A stretch of DNA of 63,674 nt, filler included, from Rhabdomonas costata (lineage: Eukaryota): the NCBI GenBank assembly GCA_019059605.1. It is 42 parts of 42 records of this genome, joined end to end, with 100 filler letters (N's around TTAATTAATTAA, not from the genome) between each part and the next. Parts side by side here need not be neighbours in the genome. Positions count along the whole stretch, not along the records: positions 48,598 to 50,015 come from JAHMHO010016520.1; positions 50,116 to 51,533 come from JAHMHO010016521.1; positions 51,634 to 53,049 come from JAHMHO010016522.1; positions 53,150 to 54,567 come from JAHMHO010016523.1; positions 54,668 to 56,085 come from JAHMHO010016524.1; positions 56,186 to 57,603 come from JAHMHO010016525.1; positions 57,704 to 59,121 come from JAHMHO010016526.1; positions 59,222 to 60,639 come from JAHMHO010016527.1; 34 more parts are not named here. One strand, given 5' to 3'. Position 1 is the stretch's first letter. Each line of letters starts with the position of its first letter. The notes below the pieces were generated by a model. It saw only the letters and a program-made list of their open reading frames with translations. It was not told the DNA's origin and made no database searches. Made by a program: the position numbers and the translations under genes. Positions 49,402 to 62,605 of the stretch are shown piece after piece.

Positions 49402-52400
49402 GGGGCCTCCAGGCCCTTAGCGTAGCTGCTCTGAAATGGCCCCGGGCCCACAGGGATGTGGTTTCGCCCGCGACTTCTGGCGGAACACCCTCCGTCCTGT
49501 TTTCCGCATCGGCTCCAGCTGCTTGGCAGGGGGACGGGGTCTCCGTACCCTAACAAATTCAGGCTGGAAAAGCTACTTCCTGGATCACTGTTCAACCTGT
49601 TTTGTGCAGTGTGCCCGGGTGCTGCAGTTTTTCCTTCTCTAAGTTTTGTTTGGAAATTTCGTCGGCCAACTGTAGTGGAGGGAACTCCGGCCGCAGGCCA
49701 TCCTCTCGGTCAAAGGCTCATTAAGCCCCTATTCAGAGTGGCTCCAAGTGGCCCATCCAGCCTCCCTTGCACAGCCCCACAACGTTAATATTGCGCAGCC
49801 TGCCCCCCACGTAGCCCCCACTGCCACACTGCCGGACCATGGGGTTTCGAAGGGTTCTGGGTATAGGGGTACCCTGATATACTATATATACAGTGCAGCT
49901 TGCCTACATAGCCTGTGAACCGCATCGGGGGTGTACCCTCAGGATCGGTTCACAGGCTATGTAGGCAAGCTGCACTGTATATATAGTATATCAGGGTACC
50001 CCTATACCCAAAAACNNNNNNNNNNNNNNNNNNNNNNNNNNNNNNNNNNNNNNNNNNNNTTAATTAATTAANNNNNNNNNNNNNNNNNNNNNNNNNNNNN
50101 NNNNNNNNNNNNNNNTGTTTTTAACCTTTGACTTGACCGCTGAGGGTATCACTGCGATTTGTGCTCGACCAAGCCTGGACTGTATGGTGGCTGTAAGTTA
50201 TGAGCTCAAACAATCTTCAACATCAGGTGAAGGGCAATATGTGTGGCAGTCTCCAGATTGCCTACCGCAAGTAAAGGAACGATTCTGACTGCTCCATATG
50301 TTACTGTCAAGTCAACTTTGAAGATAACTCTGCTTTATTTTTCCCGGTTTCCAGGTCACCAGTCCACAGATCCGTTTCCCTTAACCACTGTGGTCTGGCT
50401 TTGCCAGTGATACATTTACGCTTGAACATTTACGAAATAACTAGTGGCTTCACTATGCGTGCAGAACATATCGGCAAAGATGTAAGATTCTCCACTCTAT
50501 CCTCATGGGGGGACCTGAATGTGGTTTCTCCTGTCACGCTTGGAGATTTTGCGACCAATTTCTGATGAGACAAACCTTCTGATGCTTTTCCTTGCCCATA
50601 AGCCCTGCTCGCAGCTACGAAACGGGGGAACAGGCTCAGAAAAAAGTGCCGCACAGTGAAAGCACCCGCACAGACATGCACACACCCTGGGACGCGTAGT
50701 AATGTTTAAAGGGCACCGGGCGCCGCCCCCAATTCTCAGAACGAAACAAAGTGGTTTCACTTTTTCACAGCATGGCTTTTCGGGTCTGTTTTTGTGTATG
50801 CTCTTCCGTTGTTTTTCGGCCGGGTGCCCCTCTGCAAAAGCCATTTTTGGTTCCCAAGTGTTTGCCTTTGCTTTTGTGCATCACCTTTCCGACCTTTCCG
50901 CCTTGGCTCGGCGCGTGCATCCTACCTCCGTTCATCTCATTTTGTTGTCCTTCTTCTTTTCCCTGCTGCTTTTCGTGGTTTTTGGTGTGGCCCCAAGGGC
51001 CGGCGATGATGATGATGATGCCCCGAGCGGCAGGAAAAAAACTAAGGATTCTGAAAAATCGGTTTTTTCCCTGGTGGTTGTCTCTACCTGTTCTCACGGT
51101 CTGGGATCGAATGGACGAACGTCCCGGCCGAATCCAGTCCGATTGGCGGCCTGGGGCCGCGCGCGGTTAAACGCAAGCTTTTCGGGGAGGGGGTCTCCTA
51201 GCGGAACGCGCCCTTAGTCGAACTTGGGTCCAGCTGAAAATTGCGGACGGCCTTTTTTCTGCGCGCTGATGGTCGCACATTGCGCAACAAATCAGGTGAG
51301 AACACTTCTTGGGTTTCCAATTGGGATTGAACTGCTTCCGCCGGACTTTGCGGTCGTCCGGATTCAAAAGTGGTGGCTGACTGTGTGGATGAGTGAATGG
51401 TGGCTTAAAAGCGATCTGGTTGGTCCCACCGGTTCCTCTGGCAGACGTGTGAACTGGGGACACGCGGCTTAGTATGCTGGTGCCGACGGCTGTTTCATCA
51501 TGGAAAATTTCAACTCATCGGTATGTCGGTCCTNNNNNNNNNNNNNNNNNNNNNNNNNNNNNNNNNNNNNNNNNNNNTTAATTAATTAANNNNNNNNNNN
51601 NNNNNNNNNNNNNNNNNNNNNNNNNNNNNNNNNGTGGTGGGTGTGTTTGGTGGGTGTGGGCTTCCAGGTTCGGTTTCCCTTGCCGAATTCGGTGGGATGC
51701 TGCCCAGCTCCTTGGAGCTGCGGCGCGACACCGCCGAGCAGGAGCTCAAGCAGCTGCAGGATTGCCGGCCGAAGTTCAATTTTTCCATGAAGACGGTCAC
51801 TCGCTCGGTGTGTGTGTGTGTGTGTGATCCATTTTCGGTGAGGCAATGGTGTTTAACAACGGTGAACCGCTTGACGATAGTAAACCGCTTTAAACCGGTT
51901 TCCCGCGCTCTAGATAGACGCAGACAGCTTCCAGTCAGTATATCAGATGAGAGGGTCTTCTCAGTGAAAGGGATCGTTCATTTGCAGAGGATCTCATGTG
52001 CGTGTGTGCGTGTGTGCGTGTGGAATACTTCTCCGCTCGCAGTGGCGCCTCTTTCGGTTGCGCTCCTCTAGAGGCTAGAGGCTAGAGCTGTTTCTGAGCC
52101 GCATTCTTGACTCGTTCGGGAAATTTCCACTGGCAGCCGCAACGGCAAATCGCAAACCACAAATCAACTTTAGCTACAGAACTTATAAATACTTTTCTTT
52201 CACGAACAACCGATCGTGGTCTCGCCCTATTTGAGAACTTTTCCCTCCTGCTAGAAGTAGGCTCGTTTCGGGTGTTGCGAGAAAGGGCAATATTTGAGCA
52301 CTTCGATTACAGAGTGTTCGCGACACAACAGGAGGTTGCGTGAGTGGGCATACCGCATTTCGGAGGCATCGATTCGAGGGCGACGTTTTCCTTTGCACGT

Positions 52401-54667
52401 CTTATGATTTTTATGCACTAATATGCTTGAACAGGCACAACTCCATCGCGGCGTGACTCCCCATGCCCCCAAATTCGTTCAAAGGGAGGGGGGAGATGCT
52501 GCGAATGAAATTTGTAAAATGAAAATTTGAAGACAGGTTCCTACGCCATTGGAACTCTATTATGGAGGCTTCCAAGTGCCCATCTGGGGTCCCACCCTGG
52601 CCCGAAAAAAAGTTCCGCGTTGAGACCAGTCACGAACAGTGTGAGAACTCAGTCCAAGGATGTGCTGAGCCCTCTCACCAGCACTGTTGTGGGCTTCGGT
52701 CCCCACAGGAACAAAAAGCCTTAACACCTTCCAGCCGTCCATATTTTCTTTTAAAAAAACGTTCTCAACTTATATTCACCGGAACACAAAGCTTCCACAT
52801 CAAAAAGAGTGAACATGGCTGTAAAGTGGAGGTAGACATCGCTCCCTAACCCTACGAAACTTGCTGGGGTGGGGTAGGGAGCCCCCTCCCCCGTGTTTGC
52901 ATGGCGTCCTAACCCCCTGCGACGTAATTACAGCAAGCTACACCGTAAACTGAGAGTTTTTAACCACGGCACACCACAGGATGTCGCGAAGGACCACCGG
53001 CATAGGCGGTATAGGCTAAAAAGACTTCTGTTCGTTCATACAAACCAACNNNNNNNNNNNNNNNNNNNNNNNNNNNNNNNNNNNNNNNNNNNNTTAATTA
53101 ATTAANNNNNNNNNNNNNNNNNNNNNNNNNNNNNNNNNNNNNNNNNNNNGGGGGTGTGTGGGAGAACGAGAAGCAAGGTTGAGAGTGGCGCAAGCGAGGT
53201 ATGAATCAGAGAGGAATAAAGAGAGAGAGAGAGAGGAGGGGGAGGTGCTTCTGGCGAGGAGTTGGATGCGTAGCAATAATGAGAGGGTCTTGAAGTCCCC
53301 ACTAGAATCGTTCCCTTCACTCCTTGCGCTCTTCGCCAGTCTTTAGGCGTATCCGCGGACACATTTGGGAGTGGTCAGGCACGGAGACACTGCAAGAATG
53401 TACTGCACAGCCTCAGCAGAAGGTCGGGGGGTGCGTCGGTCAGAGGCAAAGGTGCGCAAAAAGGAGAGAGGAGAGACCCAAACTCCGCACCTTTGGGCCC
53501 GACAGAGGCGATGAACATTGCATCACTCGAAACAAAAGAGGGGAGAGGGCGGGACCGTATGTATGGCAGTAGCGTGTGCATGTGCCGAGTGCGTGCGGTT
53601 GCTTGGATGCGTGCTCAGGTTGGCATGCCCACAAGCACATTTGGACGTCAGTGGGATTGCCCCAGAAGCACTCAACCGATGGAGTAAAGGACAGTACCAT
53701 GAAAAAGGTGAGGAGTAAGGAATAATTTGAGATGCCATCCAGTACAATACATGATAGGGTTAGTGAGCAATCCATTATTGCATTCAGTGCCCCGGTCACC
53801 ACCCGACAGGGTGCCATCTCGCCCATGGAATGAGAACAGATGCCATTTCGCACAGGAAAAATCGCATTCCTTCCAATCCGGCATCATCGAAGAATACAAT
53901 CCTTTCCACACCCACAGAAAAAAAACGGAGCATTCGAGAAGGAGCGAAACGGGAACCAGGAAATCCCTTCAAGCATTGCACGGGATCGAACTGGGAAGGG
54001 AAAATAACAACAAACACCACGCATGATAAATAAAAAAGGAGGACAGGTATTCCCACACAAAAGATGGAGGGAGAGCGAGAGAAGGAGCCAGGACAGAGGG
54101 AAGAGGGGAGTGACACGACAGAATGCCAAACGCATGGGCAGAGGCGCCTTTGACACGAGCGAGAACATCGCCCAAAATCGCACGCAAAGGCCGAAAAAAA
54201 GACGCTCCAGCACAAACGCACACCCTCTCCCCCCACGCCACATCACATCACATCGCTGCACAGCCCCCGAAAGAGGAGCACAGGAAAAATGCCCGCAGTA
54301 AAACCCGAAAGAACTGAGGATAGTATTTACTCCCTTCGAAAGCGAGCCTCTCCAGGCCACCGAAGAAACAAAAACGGTGCCACGTCGAGGGGCTGGGCAT
54401 GCTGTTGGATGCATAGCCACTTCCGCCATGCACTGAGCAAGCCCAAACTGAGAAAAGGAGGCAAAATAAACCGCTGGGAACGGCAGCAAAGGTGCGCGGC
54501 ATATTTTTATGTGTTGGAGTTTGCAGGCAAATGCACTATCCAAGAGCAACAGGAAGGAAAACACAACNNNNNNNNNNNNNNNNNNNNNNNNNNNNNNNNN
54601 NNNNNNNNNNNTTAATTAATTAANNNNNNNNNNNNNNNNNNNNNNNNNNNNNNNNNNNNNNNNNNNN

Positions 54668-55517
54668 GTGAAGGAGAGAAGGAAGGCGAGGTAGTCGAGG
54701 GCTGTGAATCCGCGGTCACCCATGTCACTCCCCGAGTTGAACACTACCTGCAGAGAGCCCGTGAAAGAGCGGAAAGTCATCCCCGGCGGCTGGGTCCCCT
54801 CAAGAGTGCCAATAACTGCTCCGCCATTTGAAGAGCCAAAAATGATCACGAGGTCGTACCCCGTGGAGACGTTGCCGAAAGTTAACGTGATGAAGGAGCC
54901 CGCGGGGCCGACAATCGTCCAAGCGCAGTAAGTATATGGCAAAGTCCCATGGACGTCGTAGCCGGAGGTCTGCAAGTGCAGAAAGGCAGCAGGGTTTTCT
55001 CCCTGAATTCTTCCTTATTTGTTCACTTGAGGCTAATGATCGTCGTGATCGCCCTCCCCAATAAGAGGTGCGGAGGTTTCAAAGGAACTGACGATGCAGG
55101 GTCAGAAAGAAAATTCTTACGGTCTGCAAAGTGGCTGGCTTTTGCCCATTTCGTTGTGGCAGAAATTGAAATCAAAATAGTACTTAATTATTAAGCATCG
55201 CAATTTCTTCCCCATTCTTAAAAAGCGCGCTGGTTCTCCACAGAAGAGTGTGTGGGTAAGAGTCGAAACAGAGCCCGGAAGAAGGGGAAAGGCGCAGGCA
55301 GCCCTAAGCAAAGAATGAACGGTGAGAAGTTGCGCGCAGGCGCATGCGTGTGCCTGCAGGGCCCCAAATCTATCTGTCAGCACGCGAGTCTGCCCATTGA
55401 TGCAAGAATAGCTGGGCTCGGTGCAGCTCAGGCCAGCCCAGTCGGGCTGGCACACGCACCGCAGCGAGGTGGCGTTGCACGTGCCGTGGCCGCAGTTCCC
55501 ACAGGAAGAGGACAATT
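54668..55517 (-). CDS. EGF + CUB domain extracellular protein, exons 55517-55354 and 54969-~54690
   Basis: EGF: CGNCGHGTCN..CVCQPDWAGLSC. CUB: C..VLTDRFGALQ|TSG..CAWTI..ITLTF..YDLVII..SFTGSLQVVFNS..RGFTA. Joined in frame by a GC-AG intron. Confidence 0.88.
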
Positions 55518-56618
55518 CTGCACATCAAACGGATTACACTTGTCCTCCCTCAAAAAGAAACTTTTTTCGAGTGTGCATCTGACGCGTTTCCAAGCACAGC
55601 AATTATTTTACGTTGTTCTCCGCTTCCGTCAAAACAATCACAACAACCAATCACGCTTGCTTCTGTACAATTCATCGACTTAGGCGTTATGACGCTACAA
55701 TCAAGGACATAATTGTGTGTTTGATTCAAGACTCCTTGGACAGGCTAACAATATGAAAGGAGGATACGAAGGAAGCGAAAAACGAAAAAACACCTCGATT
55801 CGATCACGACATTGCGTATAAAATCAAATCAGTGCAAGGATACCACACTGTCATATATCCATATTAGGCTGAAGACAACTCTGACCCCATCCGGGTCTTC
55901 CCTGTGCAAAAAGGGGGTCAGCAGGTGCCTTGGTAGGAACATAAGTTGCCTGAAGATGACCGAAGTGTCGAGCAGTCGCGAAACTTATGATGAGTGAGAA
56001 AGAAATATCTCTATCTCTCTCCTCCCTACACAGATACACGCACACCTCCAGGAAAACGTAACCTTGCACCCTTGGCCACAACACANNNNNNNNNNNNNNN
56101 NNNNNNNNNNNNNNNNNNNNNNNNNNNNNTTAATTAATTAANNNNNNNNNNNNNNNNNNNNNNNNNNNNNNNNNNNNNNNNNNNNTTGTGGTTGTGAGAT
56201 GTCTGAAGAAGCCTGAGGATCCGTGGCAGAGGAAGAGGCGAAGGGAGGCCTCCCAGTCATGAAAGGGCAGTCTGCACGAGGGTTGGAGGATTAGCTCCAT
56301 CCAACCGCGGTGTATGCGCAGCATACCCCGGCAGGCCCGCGAAGAAAAAGAAAACTCGAAGGCCCGCTGGGGCACTTCCACAGGACCACTTCGTGCCCGC
56401 AGTGTGAGTGGGTGTCAAACCGCAGCGAGAAAACGCAATGATTCTTTTGTCGAAATTGCTATCATTTGGAAAGTGCACATGATTCCCCCGCCCTCAAGTT
56501 TTCGTTGAACCTTGTTGTGGATGCCCTGTTGAAAGCGCTGAAGAGTCGTTCACGAGCTTGTCCCCTTGGCTCTTTTACACGACTCACTTCCGTATTTGCC
56601 TTTTATTATTGCGCTTAG

Positions 56619-57603
56619 CGATCCCAAGGCGAGCGTTGTGTGCGCCTTCCGGCAGCTTCTGCTGGCGAAGGTTTTCCAGCCCCACCGCCTGCCCGAGCTC
56701 ACCCGAGTCTTTACCGTGGCATGCTTTGGCCGCGCCCCTGCTGCGGCCGCGCGTGGAGGCAGTGCGGTGGTGGACCCGGAAGCCTTCTTCCAGGCCCCCC
56801 CGCTGGACTTGCTGGCCCTCAGCGAGACGGAGGCCGACCCGTACACCCCTCTGATGCTGTGCTCGCGGCCCGGGGTCGACCCCTCTAGCCATGTCGACGC
56901 GGTGGCCAGGAGCCAGAAGGCTTGCCTGCGTTTACGTTCGCGCGTGCAGTTTGGTTTGGTGCCGGTTTCTTTCTATACTGATGACGGCATATATTGTGCG
57001 TTCTTGCCACACTGCGCCAGAGCAAGAAGGTATTATGCAATCCTTGGTCGAATCTGTCTCCATTGCAGAAAGGCCATAAAAAATTAAATGAAAAGAAGAG
57101 CAGGCAAGTGAGGTCAAGAGTGGGCAGAATGGGACACAGTTGTTCTGATCCAAACTGCCGCTGCCTCTGACGCTGTTGCCCAGCACTTCTTCACCAGCGC
57201 GTTTTGGGTTGCTCCTATTTTGGGGAATGTTCAATCTCGGCCACACTCGCACATTTCCATATGGGAACACACTGACGGTCCCGGAGGAGGAATCGCTTTC
57301 ACCGATAAGACTGAATTCCCATTCTGGTCTGGGTTAATTGCCAGCCACCACCGACGTGGAAGGAAGGTTGCAAGTGGCCCAGCAAAAGCTGTGGTCATGG
57401 GCTGTCATCGTCCGCCCCGTTGTCATTCCTCCCTACCTGTCACAGGTGCGGTTGCAGCGCGTTGCGATGGGCTCCCCGGAGGGCTTCGAGGAAGCCGACC
57501 GAGCCGTTCAGGCGGGCACCCGCTCCGGACACTGGGTGCTGCTGCTAAACGTCCACCTTGCCCCGGACTGGCTGGCTGGACTGGAGAAGCGCCTGCACAC
57601 CCT
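56619..57603 (+). CDS. DYNC1H1: Cytoplasmic dynein-1 heavy chain (AAA6 region), exons 56619-56919 and 57446-57603
   Basis: [70 protein letters not shown]. Confidence 0.9.
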
Positions 57604-57909
57604 NNNNNNNNNNNNNNNNNNNNNNNNNNNNNNNNNNNNNNNNNNNNTTAATTAATTAANNNNNNNNNNNNNNNNNNNNNNNNNNNNNNNNNNNNNNNNN
57701 NNNCAGACAGGCCTTTTACCAAGGAGTGCAGTGATGTTGCGACGGTACGCCTCTGTCATCGTCTTCGTCCCTTCGGCCAGGGGTGCAGGCACGATACGAT
57801 TTATATACGACTTTCTTGATATGGTGGCCAGCGTCACTTTGGTCAGCCAGGCAACCGTTGCAATATTCCGACCATGGGTTCGTAATACGGATACCTCACC
57901 TAACCGCAG

Positions 57910-58125
57910 TTCTCGAAGATTCAGAGCGGGATGCTTGAGCTGGACGTTCGGGCGTATGTGCTGCACGACTGCCTTGACCGCACCATGGAGATCGTGCAGA
58001 TGAAGGCCGAGGCGAAGAGCTTGGAACTCGTGCCGTGGATCAGCGCGGGGGTGCCCGCGCTGATGCTGGGGGATCCAGGCCGGCTGCGGCAAATCCTCCT
58101 GAATCTTCTGAGCAACGCCATCAAG
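57910..58125 (+). CDS. Sensor histidine kinase exon (end of HisKA to N-box; hybrid-kinase type)
   Basis: CTAAC..CAG| FSKIQSGMLELD..AEAKSLEL..VPALMLGDPGRLRQILLNLLSNAIK |GC; 216 nt. Confidence 0.93.
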
Positions 58126-60744
58126 GCATATGCTTTCTGTTGGTGCCTACTGCTGCCGCTGTTGTGCAGGAGAGCGGGGCTCATACAAATTTTGGGGGGT
58201 GGGCGCACACACATGCACGCTCGCACACACACAAACACACTAACATACACCGTCCCGGTCGACCACACCAGAGGCCTTGTACGTCTACTACCCGTCCATT
58301 GCCTTCTAAACCCAGGCAAGTTTCTGTGGTGGAGGGGGGGCTCCCAAACTCTCCCGCAAACGTACTGCCTTCCAGCGTGGGTTCTGGTCGTGTCTCAAGG
58401 AACCTCTCACATCACTCCCTGCAGAACTTCTATTGAAATACTTGTCCAAGGCTGTCAGAGGGGTGCTTCTCCTTCCCCAGCTGTACATCTCCCCCCCCCC
58501 ACGAGTTGCAAGCTGTGCATCGGCCGTCGTCTCGCTCCGACCCGGAAGACCTGCAAAGAGTATGTGAAGCTGAGCCCCCAGAAAGGCCGTACAGTTCGAA
58601 TCCGAGCAACCTTTTGCGGAGTCCCCATGTCTTTTCGCGGGAAAGCAAGGTATGAATGACGTAGATGTTATGCAGGTATACTTCTCCCTTTTGAGCTTCG
58701 TACCGAACTGCTGCGGGGAAATGTGGGAGGCGGTGGCAATCAATATTCTTACGGGTGAACCCGGGCCATCGCTCTGTGTCGGGCGTCGTCTCCATTCCCC
58801 GGCATGGCTGTACTAAAAAAGTAAATCTGAGCATTGCTTGAAGCCGGGCAACCTTTGTGGGGCCGCCCTGGCCCCTCACCCTTCACTGAGCAACAAGAAG
58901 GGGTTGCAGCATGAAATCGGGGAATGAATGGTTTCATTGTAGCGCGCGTCACGTTTTGCCTTGGTAAAGGAGTTTCTTACAGCCCTTGTTTGTGGGATGT
59001 GGAGAGCGGTGGTGACCGTGAACTGGTAACACCGAGATCTCCTGAGGCGATAGGCTCAGGGTCTCGCTGTGGGGCAGAAGGCGATACTCAGGTTCTTCAG
59101 TTGGGTAAGGAAAAAAAACCCNNNNNNNNNNNNNNNNNNNNNNNNNNNNNNNNNNNNNNNNNNNNTTAATTAATTAANNNNNNNNNNNNNNNNNNNNNNN
59201 NNNNNNNNNNNNNNNNNNNNNTGTTGTGTTGCATTTGCGTCGCAGCGTGTGTGCGTAGATTGTGTGGTGTTGTGATTTTCCGTGGTCTTTTCCCCGCGGA
59301 AAGGATAGAACAAAGTGTGTTTCTTTTGTGGGGAGCTCTCAAAGGTTGGCAGCGATCAGTGGCCACCACCTCCGAGTTGCTTTTCATACGGGCGGCGCGG
59401 CGGCAAAGCGAATATTGCATTTGGAGGGGCAGGGAAAGACCAGGGACGTGTTTGGTTGTAGCGATTTGTTTGTTGACCGATCGATTGGGTGGAGTACGTA
59501 TCCCCAGTCAGGCAGGTCTTTTTGTGTTAGGGTGGTTTCCGAGGTTTCGGCCAACCTGGCTCCTGTCCCCGGGCGCCCACCTTGCGAGCGGGTGCTGGGG
59601 GTGTCCCAGCTGGGGCTGGCTGCCATTGCGGTGGCGCAGTTTTCCGTGCAGCTCCTCGGCCAGACCAGTATGCCAGTTGGCCTCTTGCTGCTCACCTGTA
59701 TGTCTCTAGGGATGTCCCTGTGGTTATGCTTAGCTTTTGGTCTTCGAGTTTTTACTCACCGTAGTTGTCTTCCGGCGTTTTGTTCATAATAGATGTGTGT
59801 TTCAAGTTCTCAGTGATATGAATGGTTCCCACCCCCGTTTGTTGCGCATACTGAATTTCTCAGTCTTGCTCCAAGACTCTTTGGGTGGAGTGTGGGGACT
59901 GCTCGTTATTCCGGGACAGTCGAGTTGGGTGGAAGCGCTGCTTCGTTGACGCACGGCTCTCTCAGTTTCACCGCATTGTTTTGCGGTGATCCAATTGAGG
60001 TTGGGGCACCCATGTTGAGAGTGCTTCCGTTTCTTTCACCCACAGAGAAGGTCAGCAGCTCCTTCCTCCTGGAGTGCCTTTCCTCGCTGGAGCAAGTGTA
60101 CTTTGATGTGCTTCCGGTGGCAAGGCTTAAGTTTCTGTGCCTGAGGTGTGAGCACCCTGGCATCTTTTCCTTTTCGATTATTGATGTTGTCTCCCCTGCA
60201 AGATGTCGCTCTCCGCACTTTCTTTTCTCTCCGTCCTGTCGCTAGGCTGCGCTGTGCACACCCGTACAGACACACACATGCTGTCTCGCCCTCCGCATCC
60301 CCTGCGCTGCAGCACGGCCCCCTGCGCCTGTGGGCGGTGTGCGGAGGTCCTCTCTGCGGCGGAGACGTCCTGTGGAGGGCTTCTGGGACAGCTCTACCAG
60401 GCCCTGTTTGGGGTGGTTGCGGTGGGGGCATCGCCGCTGGGCCGGCGGGGCGGTGGCAAGGTAGTCCCCGGCTCCATACCCGTGGCCCAGTGGGACACTC
60501 CGCGGTCCACAAGGCTGTTCCAACCCACTGAGGTGGCATCCCTCCCACACGCACACACCTACCATTCCATACGATCTTTCTCCCGCACCCATCCGCACAC
60601 ACACACACACACACACACATCACAGACGGACACAACACANNNNNNNNNNNNNNNNNNNNNNNNNNNNNNNNNNNNNNNNNNNNTTAATTAATTAANNNNN
60701 NNNNNNNNNNNNNNNNNNNNNNNNNNNNNNNNNNNNNNNGGGGT

Positions 60745-62157
60745 TTGGGCCTGCAGCGGTACTGCAGCAGGCGCGCCCCTGCTGGGATTGCCCTGCGGTA
60801 CCGCCTGATTGGAGTGCTAGTTCACGACGGCTGCAGCGTGCATTCAGGGCATTACTACAGGTTTCCGTAAGCTTTCATTCAATCCAGATTTTCCCGTTTT
60901 GTCTTAACATCTACGGAACATTGAGTGCTTCGTTGGAGCTCCACATGTTGTGGAGTTGGTTATTGCCATGCTAAGATCTAATCATTACTGAGCTCAGTGG
61001 TCTCTTTCAATGGGAAGATGTACCGCGCAAGGCTGCATACATTTTCAGGAGGGCAAGGCAACACTTGCTTTAAGTGAAAGTGAATCGTAAATATACAAAC
61101 TCTCTACCACCATGCCCCTTTTTCGTTTCTCGATTGCCGATCCTCCCAGCCCGTATTTTTACGCAACAACTCCCACAATCAACCCAACCGGAGAGCGAAT
61201 GCTTCTCTCCCCCTTCCCTTCCCTTCCCTTCCCTTCCCTTCCCTTTGCCAATCTCTCCTTTTCCTGTGCTGCCTTTGTATCCCATGTCGTCGCAGCAATC
61301 GTGCAAACTTTCGCTGCAGCATTTCTCCCTTTTCAAAAAAAAACAGAGTGTATATGCGATGCGAACGTGGCAAAAACAATGTCCTGGAAATAGTTTAGAA
61401 ATTGGAGGGAATTCAATTTGCATTCTCAGCTTCATCCGCGCCTCCAACGGGACCTGGTACTTGATGGATGACTCGCGGGTCACCCAAGTCGGGCTGGAGA
61501 TGGTGCTGCGGCAAAGCGCGTACATGTTGTTCTACTCCGCTCTCTTCGATCCCTCCACACTGACCTCCACCGCTGCTGCCACCACAACCTCCTGTCCCCC
61601 TCCCTCCTCCACTGCTGAAAAGCCGGAAGGGCTCCAGCGTGCTCCTCTGGTTCAGCCAAATCACGTCCCCCCACCAGCTGCCTCGCCCAGGCTCCCGCTG
61701 AAATCTCCTCAGGTCACTCTGACAGACATTCTCCCAGTGAAGCGGAAGGTCAGCCCAGAGTCGAATGCCCCTGCGGTGAGAGGTCCTCTGAAGAACCTCA
61801 GCTCCCTGCCGTCCTCCGCAAGTCCTGCACTGGTGAAGCCATCCCAGTGCCTTTCCGTGGTCACGGTGGCCCCCGCAGAAGGCTCCGAGGGTCCCCCGCG
61901 CAAGAAGCGGAAGAAGAACCGGGCCAAGGCTAAGACGGCGGACGTGGTCACCCCGTCACTATGCCCTCCCTTCAACAGGGACGGCAGCAGCAGCGGGGGC
62001 AGTACCAGCAGCAGCAGCAGCAGCGTTGCCGAGCAGCAGGCACCAAAGCCTGCCACTGCTCAGCCCACTCCCAAGGGAACCACCCCAAAGACGGTAGAGA
62101 TTCTGCCATGCAGTTTCAGCCCGGCCCTGAAAGAGGCCTTCCGGCTCCCACCAACAC
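60745..62157 (+). CDS. Ubiquitin-specific protease (USP36/42-like) His box and low-complexity tail, exons to 60860 and from 61430
   Basis: YRLIGVLVHDGCSVHSGHYYS|FIRASNGTWYLMDDSRV..VLRQSAYMLFY; basic NLS-like PRKKRKK. Confidence 0.92.
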
Positions 62158-62274
62158 NNNNNNNNNNNNNNNNNNNNNNNNNNNNNNNNNNNNNNNNNNN
62201 NTTAATTAATTAANNNNNNNNNNNNNNNNNNNNNNNNNNNNNNNNNNNNNNNNNNNNGTGTGTGTTGTGGGGGG

Positions 62275-62605
62275 GGGTGAGAGCAAGCTGCACTTGGAGG
62301 CCATGCGCGAGGCAGAGCCGGTTAATGCGGCGGAGAAGGCGCACACGTGCCCACACACGCCCTGAGGCTTTTCCTGTTCGCACCGTATGGTACGCCGCCG
62401 AGTTGTCACCCACAACACAAACGTGGGAAAGACCTGAGAGAGCTGCCTGACGCAGACAGCAGAAAATGCCATACAACTCGGCGGTCTGTTGAGACTCAAC
62501 CCAGGGTGGGGTGGGCACAGCGAGAGCAAATGAGAAGGGGCGAACACACGCGGCCAATAAACCCAGAAGCCATGGGTGCCGAGTCGCAAAACATCAGGGG
62601 CATGC
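62275..62605 (-). mobile_element. RNase H domain of a tyrosine-recombinase-type (DIRS/Ngaro/VIPER/TATE-like) retrotransposon, frameshifted
   Basis: MPLMFCDSA, a frameshift, then QQTAELYGIF..VCVVGDNSAA..GKAS..RLLRRINRLCLAHGLQVQL. The D/E/D spacing and DN context are typical of DIRS-group RNase H. Confidence 0.7.

Noticed and set aside
49858..50010. Perfect 65-bp inverted repeat (49858-49922 / 49946-50010)
   Set aside because: Perfect identity, and one arm ends at the contig edge; most likely a fold-back read or assembly artefact. A MITE is not excluded without reads.
59222..60639. Overlapping long ORFs; LGGVWGL as a LINE post-RT motif
   Set aside because: No coherent domain or splice-bounded exon; cannot be supported.
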